Origin: an uncultured Chroococcidiopsis sp. | GTDB lineage: Bacteria; Cyanobacteriota; Cyanobacteriia; Cyanobacteriales; Chroococcidiopsidaceae | NCBI GenBank assembly: GCA_964248365.1 | Contig: CAXTYC010000057.1 | Span: 1-19,487 of the forward strand | Direction of reading: 5' to 3' | DNA length: 19,487 nt | Shown: positions 1 through 8,987 of the stretch, piece after piece | Layout: the number at the start of each line of letters is the position of its first letter | Numbering within the stretch: position 1 is the stretch's first letter | Translations under genes and position numbers: made by a program | Notes under the pieces: generated by a model | Databases searched by the model: none | Told to the model about the DNA's origin: nothing | Seen by the model: the letters and a program-made list of their open reading frames with translations, nothing else

Positions 1-155
1 CCCAATATCTGGCTGTCTATAATAATACATTTATCAACTCATCTACAACACTACCCTATGCAACACCAAAATTATAGCTGTCGCCATAAAGCTTAAGACA
101 CTGCATCTCTAAGAACGGACGAGATGATTGCCTAGAGCAAGGAACCAGATCCCGA

Positions 156-343
156 TCAGCACTTGCTCATCCGACTTTTTCGCCAAGCCCAGCAGTTCTC
201 AAAACGGTTCAAGTCGGGAGAATAGGCAGGCAGATATAAAAGGCGGCACTGGGCTGCCTCAATTGTGGGCAGTAATACGACCGCCATGATGGAAGGTGGC
301 GTTATCCAAAATTACCATGTCCTGGTTTAAGCACTGGTACCAG
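156..343 (-). pseudogene. IS630-family (DDE_3) transposase C-terminal fragment with two frameshifts
   Basis: Manual minus-strand translation across three frames gives LVPVLKPGH / VILDNATFHHGGRITA / TIEAAQCRLLYLPAYSPDLNRFENCWAWRKSRMSKC*. The DNAxxH motif (289-306) and LPxYSPDLNxxE motif (198-233) are IS630 hallmarks. Confidence 0.9.
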
Positions 344-347
344 GGCA

Positions 348-385
348 TAGACCTCTTGCAAAAGTTCCACTTGCTACGAGGTCTA
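348..385. repeat. 38-bp palindromic mini-element (TAGACCTC...GAGGTCTA) nested in the IS630 remnant
   Basis: TAGACCTCTTGCAA-N9-TTGCTACGAGGTCTA has 8-bp perfect arms with an imperfect extension and is TA-bounded. It sits exactly where transposase similarity ends. Confidence 0.6.
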
Positions 386-512
386 CTTTCAGCACCAGCC
401 ATTAGAGCCAATCCCATTATCAACCCCCCTTACAGTATGCCGTAACCTTACTGGCGACTGCCATACTGATGTCCTCAATACCACGATATTAGAGGGGTGA
501 TTCCCAGAACGC

Positions 513-3311
513 TTATTTACCGAGTAAGCTATCAACTTTATCCAGTAACTGGGGCGTGGTGAATCCTTTAGTGAGATAATCTGTTGCTCCTAGTCGCCGT
601 GCTTCCTTGCCCCATTCTTCAGACAATCGTGACGAAACTACCATAATGGGGAGCTTCATTCCGTTTTGTCTACAGTGGTTGATCAGAGTGAACCCATCCA
701 TTCCTGGCATCTCAATATCGGTAATAATCATAGAGGGAGTAGGATGACTTTGTAACCAGTTCCATGCCTCTAGACCATCACGACAGGTATGAACGATGTA
801 GCCATAATTGGTTAAACTAGCTTCAATCCGCCGCCTCACCAGAGCCGCATCATCTACTACTAGTATGGTGTAGATGGTTTGAGTTATACAAGAAGTATCA
901 AGTCTTGTCGGCAAAGGAACATAAGAAGTAAGTTCTGACAAACTGATTCCATCTTTAGCTCGGCTATCCTCTGCTGGACTATTCCATAGAAATTCTGCTA
1001 TAGTTGAAGGTTCTAGTACTGGGATCAACTTACCATTATTTTGCAGGCTAACTCCCAGAAGCCCTACAGGTGCGATCAAGGGATGGGGCGTACGGTTAAT
1101 CAACAAATCTGACTGTTCAAGCAAGTCGTCAGCTAGTAACCAAGCATCTCGCTGGCGGCTTGAGGATGTTACCGATAAGGAACGAATGCGTAGACAAACG
1201 GCTGTCTCCGATAATGGACGAACGGTAGCCTCTTGCCAGTACTCCAGCAGATCAAGACCTGGCACAGTCATTTCATCTTGTTGAATCAGCCAGGAGTATC
1301 TAGCATCCGGTTCAACGGTTCGCTTCGCTGATAAATTACTCCATAGGGTAGTGGTAATGATTTCCTCAGAGGGAATCGCAAATATGCGATCGCCTGCCTG
1401 CACCAACACACAACGCACGAGCATTTGTGGGATGGGAATCTTGATCTGAAAAGTTGTTCCTACTCCCACAACGGTATCAAGATCCAACCGTCCGCCTAGA
1501 CTGGCTACTTGGGCAGCCACCACATCCATCCCTACCCCTCGTCCTGAGATTTCACTGACTTGGCTTTTGGAGCTAAAACCAGGCTGACAAAGAACAGCTA
1601 GTAGATCCGCCGATGTATCAGTGCGGGTAAGGGGTAGTCCCTTTTCCCCTGCTATTTTCCCAATGACTTTAGCATCAATGCCGCCACCATCATCTTGCAG
1701 CTTGAGCAGGTAGGATTTCCCTTGTCGTCGCATAGACAGAACGATCTTTCCTTGTTCTGCCTTGCCTGCCCTAATTCGCTCATCAGGTGGCTCTAACCCG
1801 TGATCGTAGGCGTTTCTTAACAAGTGCAACAATGCAGGCTCTAAATTCTGCACCGTGCCAGCATCCAGTTCAATGTTTTCGCCTTGCACGACTAGCTGGG
1901 CGGGTTTGCCATAGCGGTTGGTCAGATCTCGCAAAATGCCTTTGGCGCGAAAGCCCAACATTTTGAAGGGAATGAGCCGACTATCTTCGACCGTTTGTTG
2001 CAGGTTGAGTATATTCCGATCCAAAAGCTGCAAGCTGTCTTCAGTTTGTCGCGCACTTGTCGCTGTCTCTGCTCCCAATTCCGATAGGCGCAGGCTGATT
2101 TCTAGCAGACGGTTGATAATGGTATATCCTTGACGATAGCCCTCTAGGATGGGAGATGCTTCATGGCGATCGCGGCTTCCTTGCAAGTCCAACAGCGCAT
2201 AATCATCCTGAACTTGCCGCAACCGAGTAATATATTGTACACTATCTTGCGCCAAAGATAGTAGTTGTACCAGTTGCAACTGTAAATTTTTGTAAGAACC
2301 CTGACAAGCACGGGCAGTTAATAGCGTCTCTACCAAATGCTCAGAAGATCGATCCAACCGTTCCAAAGGTACAGGAATCTGAACACTCTCTTGAGGGGCT
2401 AGGGGCTGGAGGCTGGGGGCTGGGGAATCGATTGTGGATTTTGGATTTTGGATTTTAGATTGAATTTTCTCCTCTGCTGGGGGGCAACTCTGCTGGGGGG
2501 CAACTCTGCCCCTCTGCTCTCTAATTCCCCCCTTCCTAGCACAATCTTTCAGCTGCCGGAGATATTCAGACCAATGGGCGCGCCAAAAATCATTTTCAAG
2601 ACGAGTTAGCAGGGCTTTGCTACGGCGCAGCAAATCTATCCATCCCTGCTCGAATTCCAAATCTTTACCAATTTGCAACAGTTGCTGTAGTGTTTGCTTA
2701 GCAATGTTCAAAGTGGGTGTTGGTACTTTGCCTTGGGGGGGTAAATCCTCTAGTGCCATTTCCAAGTCCAGCACCACCAAATCGAATCCTTGCTCGGCAA
2801 ACTCATGAAACAACTGAGTGCGTTCATTTGATTCGGGTAGGTAAATTTGCCCGATTTCTTGACGTAGAGTTAGTAGGCGCTCAATCGTAGGTTGGACAGC
2901 GCTCATCGCTGCTTCGCCTACTGCTTGCTCTTGCAAACTGCCCGTCAGTAGTTCTCCTGCTTCTAGGAGCATTTGCCCTAATTTGCCGTCTGCAAGAGGG
3001 GGATCTGTCTGCAAATAGCGTAGGTCTGAAAGCAGATCCTCTAGTGCTGTTGATACGTATAGGATAGCATCAGCTCCGACTGTAACTGCTCCACCTTTAA
3101 TTGTATGGATACAACGATACAGTTCCTGAATATCTGCTGTCCATGAGGAAGGCTGGAGCCTTTGCACAAGGCTGATGTAGGTTTGCAGATATGCTTGAGT
3201 ATCAACAGCAAACATACTGCGTAGCTCTTGTTGCAACTGAGCTTCAGCTGCGTCCATCAGGCTGAGTGAATTCTCAGTTAGAGAGGTGGGTTGAGAGTCT
3301 ACTTCAGACAT
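513..3311 (-). CDS. cheA: Hybrid CheA-like histidine kinase (Hpt, helical domain, linker, dimerisation, HATPase, CheW, REC)
   Basis: Hpt motif YRCIHTIKGGA, N-box LLHLLRNAYDHG, G1 DDGGGID, F-box PGFSS, G2 GRGVGMDVV, a CheW-like domain and a C-terminal receiver (ILVVDD...ITDIEMPGMDG...YLTKG). Start is placed at ATG 3311 (alternative ATG 3257) because the ORF extension to TTG 3458 translates two REP-like repeats. Confidence 0.93.
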   Translation of the reverse strand: MSEVDSQPTSLTENSLSLMDAAEAQLQQELRSMFAVDTQAYLQTYISLVQRLQPSSWTADIQELYRCIHTIKGGAVTVGADAILYVSTALEDLLSDLRYLQTDPPLADGKLGQMLLEAGELLTGSLQEQAVGEAAMSAVQPTIERLLTLRQEIGQIYLPESNERTQLFHEFAEQGFDLVVLDLEMALEDLPPQGKVPTPTLNIAKQTLQQLLQIGKDLEFEQGWIDLLRRSKALLTRLENDFWRAHWSEYLRQLKDCARKGGIREQRGRVAPQQSCPPAEEKIQSKIQNPKSTIDSPAPSLQPLAPQESVQIPVPLERLDRSSEHLVETLLTARACQGSYKNLQLQLVQLLSLAQDSVQYITRLRQVQDDYALLDLQGSRDRHEASPILEGYRQGYTIINRLLEISLRLSELGAETATSARQTEDSLQLLDRNILNLQQTVEDSRLIPFKMLGFRAKGILRDLTNRYGKPAQLVVQGENIELDAGTVQNLEPALLHLLRNAYDHGLEPPDERIRAGKAEQGKIVLSMRRQGKSYLLKLQDDGGGIDAKVIGKIAGEKGLPLTRTDTSADLLAVLCQPGFSSKSQVSEISGRGVGMDVVAAQVASLGGRLDLDTVVGVGTTFQIKIPIPQMLVRCVLVQAGDRIFAIPSEEIITTTLWSNLSAKRTVEPDARYSWLIQQDEMTVPGLDLLEYWQEATVRPLSETAVCLRIRSLSVTSSSRQRDAWLLADDLLEQSDLLINRTPHPLIAPVGLLGVSLQNNGKLIPVLEPSTIAEFLWNSPAEDSRAKDGISLSELTSYVPLPTRLDTSCITQTIYTILVVDDAALVRRRIEASLTNYGYIVHTCRDGLEAWNWLQSHPTPSMIITDIEMPGMDGFTLINHCRQNGMKLPIMVVSSRLSEEWGKEARRLGATDYLTKGFTTPQLLDKVDSLLGK
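2394..2509. repeat. Composite tandem-repeat cassette in the CheA linker
   Basis: GGGGCT(A/G)-type heptamers (~2394-2425), GGATTTT heptamers (~2436-2468) and the 16-bp unit CTCTGCTGGGGGGCAA x2 plus a partial copy (2472-2509). Confidence 0.85.
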
Positions 3312-3324
3312 GGAAAGTGAGTAG

Positions 3325-3422
3325 GTAGGGGCGGGTTGACATGAGTTATCTGTTTGCTCACAAGTATGCTTGATAAACCCGCTCGTACGAGAGTAGGGGG
3401 GCAATTCGTGTATTGCCTGTAC
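3325..3422. repeat. Two tandem GTAG-type REP-like palindromes between the MCP gene and cheA
   Basis: GTAGGGGCGGGTT...AACCCGCTCGTAC (3325-3388) and GTAGGGGGGCAATTCGTGTATTGCCTGTAC (3393-3422). Confidence 0.75.
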
Positions 3423-3444
3423 AAGTGAGTAATCGGGGCTGGGG

Positions 3445-5841
3445 CTAATCACTACCAACTGAGGTTTTCCCTTGTGATAGTTGCTGGTATTGGTTTGGAG
3501 CCAGGTTGATTGTTGAAGGATCGGCAGACAAGCGAAAGAACCGTACCCTTTCGAGCAGGGTACGGGCGAGTTGATCCATTAATCCGGCTTGTTCGCGGGT
3601 GAAACGCGAGTCCTGCTCTGTCTGGGCTGCAACAGCGGCGATGTCTTGAATCGAGCGTAGGGTTGATTGAGCCGTTGTAGCGATCGCAATACTCGATTGG
3701 GTTACTTGTTGTCCTACTTCAGCCACGCGATTTGTCACTGTTTTAATATTATCGAAAACGTGACGAGACTGATCCACGCTGACAATAAATTGATTTACCG
3801 AGTTGCTGATATCGACAACATCCTGATTGATCCCCGACACCACTGTTTGAATCTGATCTGTCCGTTGTTGGAGCAAAAGTAAGCTTTGGTTGGTCTGAAG
3901 AGCCAAATCATTCACCTGGCTGGCAACAGTTTCAAATTCACGGGCAACGCTGGCAAATTGTTCAGGATCTTCTTGTCCAGAGGCACGATTGGCAATCATA
4001 GAAGCATTCAAAGCTAGAACACGAGTCAGAGCTGCCACCCGTTTTTGATCTTTAGCAAAAGAAGCTGCCAACCCAACGAAGTTGGTGAGCATTTCAGTAC
4101 GTTTAACAATCTGCTCTGTTCCCTTCTGAAGAACTTCGATCTCCAGGGTCATGGTCGCCATTTCTTGCTGACCTTGAGTGACTGCTACCTGAGCCTGTTC
4201 AACTGCTTCGTCAGAAACTACAGCTTGTTGAGCAGTTGACTGAGAGAGGTCATTGAAATTAACCATCAAGGCTTGCACATCGCTCACAGACCGAGTTTGC
4301 TGTTGGGCTTGCTCGGCTACACAAACCGCCAGTTGTTCTAGCTCCTCTGCACCCCGTGTGACTTGCTCGGCAGTGGACAAGACGGCAAACATGATCCGAG
4401 ACAATTCTTCAATCAAACGGTTGAGGGTATCTGCCACCAGTCCGGTAGCGCGATCGCTCACCTGCGCCTGCACGGTTAAATCTCCAGTTTCAACCGCCGA
4501 CACCACATCTAGAATATGTTCTACCTCTGCTTGCAAAGCCATACCTTCCTGCTGCATCTGAGTTGCTAGTTTTAGCTCCTCCTGAGTTTGTACTGAGCGG
4601 GCTACTTCTTGCCGAATTTCTTCTTCATTAATCGCTACTTGGCGCAGCAAGTTATAAAAAGAAGTTGATAATCGCTCGATTTCATCTTGTTGTTGCAGAT
4701 GGGCTTTGGTTTGGGCATCAGCTTGAGCCAACTTGTTACACTCATCCAAAATCGGTTGCAAGCGACGATTCAAATACCGTACAAATAGCAACACAATTGC
4801 CGCTAGTAAGACACTAGCTCCGAAAGCACCAGCCAAAGTAATTGTTAATACTGGCGCTAACACGACTGACTCCGGTACTACTGCCATTACCAACCAGTTG
4901 GTACTTGGCAGGCGTTGATATGCCCAAAATTTGCCGTGTGTTCGGAGCAGCCCTGATTGATTTTGCTGTAACTTAGACCAGATAGCCTTCAGTTCTGGGA
5001 CTGTCTGATAGCTTTCCCTTGCATTGGCAAGAGCTGGATTAGGTGGATAGGACAGCAGCTTGCCCTGCTCGCTAATTAAGGTGAAATAACCTTGATTACG
5101 AATCACGTCTCGCTTGATCTGTGAACTTAAGGCTGCCACATTCACATCTATATTGGCTATACCGAGTACCTTGTGCTGCCGATCAAAAAGCATCCCGTTA
5201 AAAGTAGTCATTGAGATGCCGTGCCAGGGATAAGGCTCTAACCAAATTTCCTTCCCAGCTGCAACGGGGAGCTTGTAGTAATCCTGGGTTGGGTAATTAT
5301 CTTGTTGAAACACATCTACCTGAAACACTTTTTCGTTGGGTGGAGGTAGGGGTTTACCAGGTTGATTCGGCTGCTTCTGGTCGAGATAATAATAGGTATA
5401 GTACCACTTGCGGTCTGAAATAATCCCGAAGGGTGTTTGACCAAGACCGACACCCATCGCTAGCGGAGGTCGTTTCAGAAAGAAGTCTAATATCAAGGTG
5501 TTGTAAACTTCTGGGTCTTTGACTCCTTTGCTGCTCAAAACCTGAGCTGAACCAGCGAGATTTTGCATCGATTGCTTGACGGGCGCGAGCTTGCTTTCAA
5601 TTGCAATGACTTCTGTTTTCAGAATGTCACTTATTTCTGTGGTTGCCTGTTTTTCGAGTTCTTGATAGAAGAAAAAAGACATACTACCCAACCCAACCAA
5701 AGCGCCTCCCATCACACGCACAAAGAGTCTTGTCCCAATAGAATTAAATCTAAGTTGTCGCTTAGCTCTATGTGTTGGTTTGACTGAGGAGCTTTCCTGA
5801 GTGTCAGGTAGACTCAGAGAACTTGGCTCAATTGTAGTCAT
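3445..5841 (-). CDS. Methyl-accepting chemotaxis protein (TM, dCache, TM, HAMP, HAMP, MCP signalling domain)
   Basis: Two hydrophobic helices flank a Cache-like region (YYKLP...WLEPYP...GIANIDV...YFTLISEQGKLLSYP...NWLVMAVVPE). HAMP-like segment GDLTVQAQVSDRATGLVADTLNRLIEEL and signalling motif VLALNASMIANRA are present. Confidence 0.92.
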   Translation of the reverse strand: MTTIEPSSLSLPDTQESSSVKPTHRAKRQLRFNSIGTRLFVRVMGGALVGLGSMSFFFYQELEKQATTEISDILKTEVIAIESKLAPVKQSMQNLAGSAQVLSSKGVKDPEVYNTLILDFFLKRPPLAMGVGLGQTPFGIISDRKWYYTYYYLDQKQPNQPGKPLPPPNEKVFQVDVFQQDNYPTQDYYKLPVAAGKEIWLEPYPWHGISMTTFNGMLFDRQHKVLGIANIDVNVAALSSQIKRDVIRNQGYFTLISEQGKLLSYPPNPALANARESYQTVPELKAIWSKLQQNQSGLLRTHGKFWAYQRLPSTNWLVMAVVPESVVLAPVLTITLAGAFGASVLLAAIVLLFVRYLNRRLQPILDECNKLAQADAQTKAHLQQQDEIERLSTSFYNLLRQVAINEEEIRQEVARSVQTQEELKLATQMQQEGMALQAEVEHILDVVSAVETGDLTVQAQVSDRATGLVADTLNRLIEELSRIMFAVLSTAEQVTRGAEELEQLAVCVAEQAQQQTRSVSDVQALMVNFNDLSQSTAQQAVVSDEAVEQAQVAVTQGQQEMATMTLEIEVLQKGTEQIVKRTEMLTNFVGLAASFAKDQKRVAALTRVLALNASMIANRASGQEDPEQFASVAREFETVASQVNDLALQTNQSLLLLQQRTDQIQTVVSGINQDVVDISNSVNQFIVSVDQSRHVFDNIKTVTNRVAEVGQQVTQSSIAIATTAQSTLRSIQDIAAVAAQTEQDSRFTREQAGLMDQLARTLLERVRFFRLSADPSTINLAPNQYQQLSQGKTSVGSD

Positions 5842-5945
5842 AAAATTTCAGATGGCAAGAGAATAAATAGAAAGATAGAGATCAGCTCTTGTCTGGGAGA
5901 CAGAATAGCTAGCGCCTAGTAGGTCAAGTCAATGCACAGATCCAG

Positions 5946-8864
5946 CTAAACAGCAATAGGTGCATCATTGGTCGAGTTAGGCTCTGAAGACTTGTCTGTA
6001 ACACTGTGTGTGTGTTCAGCAGTACCTGGGACTACTCGTTGTACCAAGTCGGTATTTTGTAGCTTGCCCGATTTCTCCTCTGGCAGACGGAAGAAGTGAA
6101 TGCTATCTAGCAAGCGCAAGGAGAGAATTTCCATCCCTTCTGCTCGCCGCTGAGCCTTTCTGGTCAATAGAGCCGTTCGATCCGCCAGAGCGGCGATTTC
6201 GTGAATTGCCGACGCTGTTGACTGGGCAGCATTGAAAATTTCTTGGTTGGACTGAGCCACTGCTTCCCCAGCTTGCACTACTTGTCCAGTAGTCATTTTC
6301 AAGTTACCATACACCTGATTGGACTGCTCCACTCCGGTTGTAAATCCGCTCAGCAATCCGCCCAAGCTCTGCACTTCAACATCGATCGCAGATACTACCT
6401 CGTGAATTTGATCTGTACGTTGTTGTAGGGAAACTAGCCCATCGTTGGTTTGCCCAGCTAAATTACCTACCTGGGCGGCGATCGCTTCAAACTCTCGTGC
6501 TACCGCCATGAACTTACGAGGGTCGCGTTGTTCTGAGGCTCGTGCTGCTACTAGGGTAGCGTTCAATGCTAGCACTTGCGTCAGGGAGGCAATCTGGCTC
6601 TGATCCTGCACAAATTGATCCGCCAAACCTACAAATTCCCCTAGCGCCTTCATCTGTTGCACAATTCGGTTTGTCCCCTGTTGCAGCACATCGATGCCTT
6701 GCGTCATGCTACTAAGCGCACCTTGTCCCTGCTCAACGGCTGAACGAAAATTCAGCAGCGACTGATTAGCTAGGTTGACTGCCAGAGTAGAACCTTGAAC
6801 CGAGTGTTCTACCTGCTCTGTGAGCTTCAGTACCTGTGCCACTTCTTGCGCCTGCTCTTGGGCGTTAGTTGTAACGGTCTTTGCCACTTCTCCCACAGCA
6901 CTAGAGCCAGCCGTCACGGCGCGAGCGGTAGACAACACTTGGGCAATAACTTGACTTAACTGTTCGATCAAGCGATTGAAAGTATCAGCCACCAATCCCG
7001 TGCTTCTGTCACTTACCGCAGCACGGGTTGTCAAATCCCCATCCTCTACGTTAGAAACAACCTCCAACAGATGTTCTACTTCTTGCTGCAACAGATCGCT
7101 ATCCAGAGCTAAAGACATCAAATTAGCAACGGAACTGACAAAGCTTACCTCTGCTGCCTGCCACTGCTTTGGAGTTCCTACGTGTTCACAGCAAACAATC
7201 CCCACAATCCTACCACCACTGCGGATAGGTGCATTCAACATTGAATTAATGCCCAAAGGAATCAGGTAGCCGGAACAGAACTCTTGCGTCGCTGGATCTG
7301 TATGGGCATTATCAGCAATAATTGGGCGATCCATCTCAAGGGCGTTGAAATAGGCAGGATAGTCTTCAGCTTTTAGCTCTATACCTTCTGAATGTTCCCC
7401 AGAATTAGATTCATACAAATCAATACAAACAATTCCATCCCGATTTGAGTTGTAGAGCCAAACGCCCACTCGTGCCACAGCTATTGTCTCGGCAGTTCCC
7501 TGTGTAAAGGCTTTGGCAGCGGATTGGGTATTTCCTTCAAGCAATCCATCACATCGAGCCAGATTTGTCAACATCTGGTTTTGGAAAATCAGCTGCTCTG
7601 TGTTTTGGTTCTGCGCCAACAGCAAGCTTTGGATGCGCTCAGCCATTTGGTTAATGTTGGCTCCAAGATCAGCTAGCTCATCTTTGCCTTGGGTTTGTAC
7701 GCGGGTATCAAGTTCACCTTGACTGAGTTTTTTCACAGCTGCTGTTGCCGCAAGTAACGGTCGGATGGCTCGGTGTGCTAAAACTGTAGCGAGTACCGTT
7801 GCGATAACAGCAGTCAGTAATGTACCTAAGCCAATCATATGCAGCAGTTGCCTTTGGGTAGCAAATGCGATCGCAGTATCTGTTGAAGTGACTATGCTCC
7901 AATTCAACTCTCCCTTTTTCCTGATAGGCGTGAACTTCATGGGCGCGTAAGCTTGTAGTAATTCACCTTTATCTGTTTTGTCAACCCAAGCTTCGCTTTG
8001 TCTTTGTGCGTCCACTTGCTGAAAACGAGGAACTTCCTTGGCAATCTTAAAACCTAATCGGTTGCTTCTAGGCTCGTTGAAGTCCTGAAAGACTTGACCC
8101 CCGCCATCAATCATGTGGTAGGCTGTACCTTGTTGTGAGCTTTTTGTAGCAAAAATCGCACTACTAACAAATTGTACTGGTATTGTGGCAACGACTATGG
8201 CGATAGTTTTTCCTCCGCTCTCCTTAATCGGAGCCGCCAGATAGATAGAAAAGGTGTCATAGCCAGCAGAATTTGTCACAATCGGCTCACTGATGGCGGA
8301 AAGCCCTGTCGTGAGCGCTTGCTGAAAGTAGGCAAGGTTCTTCTGATTTTGCTCTTTGGTTGAGCCACGCGCTCGGACGATCTCTTGACCTTGCAGATCG
8401 TATACACCAAAGTGTGAGAAGATAGAGTAATCTTGCACAAAGGCGGTCAACTGTTGCTCTAGCTCTTGCTTTATTGTCGCTTGTTGTTCCTCAGAACTCT
8501 CTTGATGGTGGCGAATTTTTATTTCCTTGATCGCACCACCACTCACGCGGGCTACCGTTTGGACATTGACAAGTTGATCTTGCAAAAAACGACTTAGTTG
8601 GTTAGATAGCTGCTGTGCCTCAGCAATTTTCTCCTCAGAGATTTGCCGTGTAATGGCGTTATCTGCAAAGCGATAAGCAACACTTCCAACTACCAGCACG
8701 GGCAATACACCAAAAATTGTCGCCAGAGCAATTACCTTTGCTCGAATGCCCCAGCCCGTGACAGATTGCCCACTAGAGTTATTCGGTTGCATCTGCCCGG
8801 TTAGCCTCGCCTGCTCAAAATCTGCTTGGTTAACTTCCCTGGCTGAACCTAATACACGCTTCAT
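5946..8864 (-). CDS. Methyl-accepting chemotaxis protein (TM, dCache, TM, HAMP, GAF, HAMP, MCP signalling domain)
   Basis: TM1 VIALATIFGVLPVLVVGSVAY, Cache region (YFQQAL...ISEPI...IYLAAPI), TM2, HAMP (GELDTRV...DELADLGANINQMA), GAF (~7100-7530; SMLNAPI...VGIVCCEH...W...E) and signalling motif VLALNATLVAARA. Confidence 0.93.
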   Translation of the reverse strand: MKRVLGSAREVNQADFEQARLTGQMQPNNSSGQSVTGWGIRAKVIALATIFGVLPVLVVGSVAYRFADNAITRQISEEKIAEAQQLSNQLSRFLQDQLVNVQTVARVSGGAIKEIKIRHHQESSEEQQATIKQELEQQLTAFVQDYSIFSHFGVYDLQGQEIVRARGSTKEQNQKNLAYFQQALTTGLSAISEPIVTNSAGYDTFSIYLAAPIKESGGKTIAIVVATIPVQFVSSAIFATKSSQQGTAYHMIDGGGQVFQDFNEPRSNRLGFKIAKEVPRFQQVDAQRQSEAWVDKTDKGELLQAYAPMKFTPIRKKGELNWSIVTSTDTAIAFATQRQLLHMIGLGTLLTAVIATVLATVLAHRAIRPLLAATAAVKKLSQGELDTRVQTQGKDELADLGANINQMAERIQSLLLAQNQNTEQLIFQNQMLTNLARCDGLLEGNTQSAAKAFTQGTAETIAVARVGVWLYNSNRDGIVCIDLYESNSGEHSEGIELKAEDYPAYFNALEMDRPIIADNAHTDPATQEFCSGYLIPLGINSMLNAPIRSGGRIVGIVCCEHVGTPKQWQAAEVSFVSSVANLMSLALDSDLLQQEVEHLLEVVSNVEDGDLTTRAAVSDRSTGLVADTFNRLIEQLSQVIAQVLSTARAVTAGSSAVGEVAKTVTTNAQEQAQEVAQVLKLTEQVEHSVQGSTLAVNLANQSLLNFRSAVEQGQGALSSMTQGIDVLQQGTNRIVQQMKALGEFVGLADQFVQDQSQIASLTQVLALNATLVAARASEQRDPRKFMAVAREFEAIAAQVGNLAGQTNDGLVSLQQRTDQIHEVVSAIDVEVQSLGGLLSGFTTGVEQSNQVYGNLKMTTGQVVQAGEAVAQSNQEIFNAAQSTASAIHEIAALADRTALLTRKAQRRAEGMEILSLRLLDSIHFFRLPEEKSGKLQNTDLVQRVVPGTAEHTHSVTDKSSEPNSTNDAPIAV

Positions 8865-8933
8865 ATAGCAATCCTATTAATGTTGTTCATTTGTCAATTT
8901 TTTGTCAGTTGTCACTTATAACTCTGAGGGTTT

Positions 8934-8987
8934 CACGGGTAATTCATGAATTGCGCTATATACGGGCATGATCTGCCCTGCCCCTAC
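8934..8987. repeat. Two REP-like palindromes between cheW and the GAF-MCP gene
   Basis: CACGGGTAATTCATGAATTGCGCTA (8934-8958) and TATACGGGCATGATCTGCCCTGCCCCTAC (8959-8987). The second reads GTAGGGGC... on the minus strand directly after the cheW stop. Confidence 0.7.

Larger units (their letters stand above)
73..465 (-). mobile_element. Internally deleted IS630-family element (MITE-like remnant)
   Basis: 28-bp imperfect terminal inverted repeats: 73-100 TATAGCTGTCGCCATAAAGCTTAAGACA versus the reverse complement of 438-465, TATGGCAGTCGCCAGTAAGGTTACGGCA (21/28 match). Both ends terminate in TA, the IS630 target duplication. The interior encodes a transposase fragment. Confidence 0.85.

Noticed and set aside
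2472..2509. Possible CRISPR array from the 16-bp repeats (also 11691-11729)
   Set aside because: The units are directly tandem with no spacers, too short, inside coding sequence, and no cas genes are present.
3312..3458. 49-aa N-terminal extension of CheA from TTG 3458
   Set aside because: It translates two REP-like palindromes and overlaps the upstream MCP stop. ATG 3311 or 3257 fits the start of the Hpt domain better.
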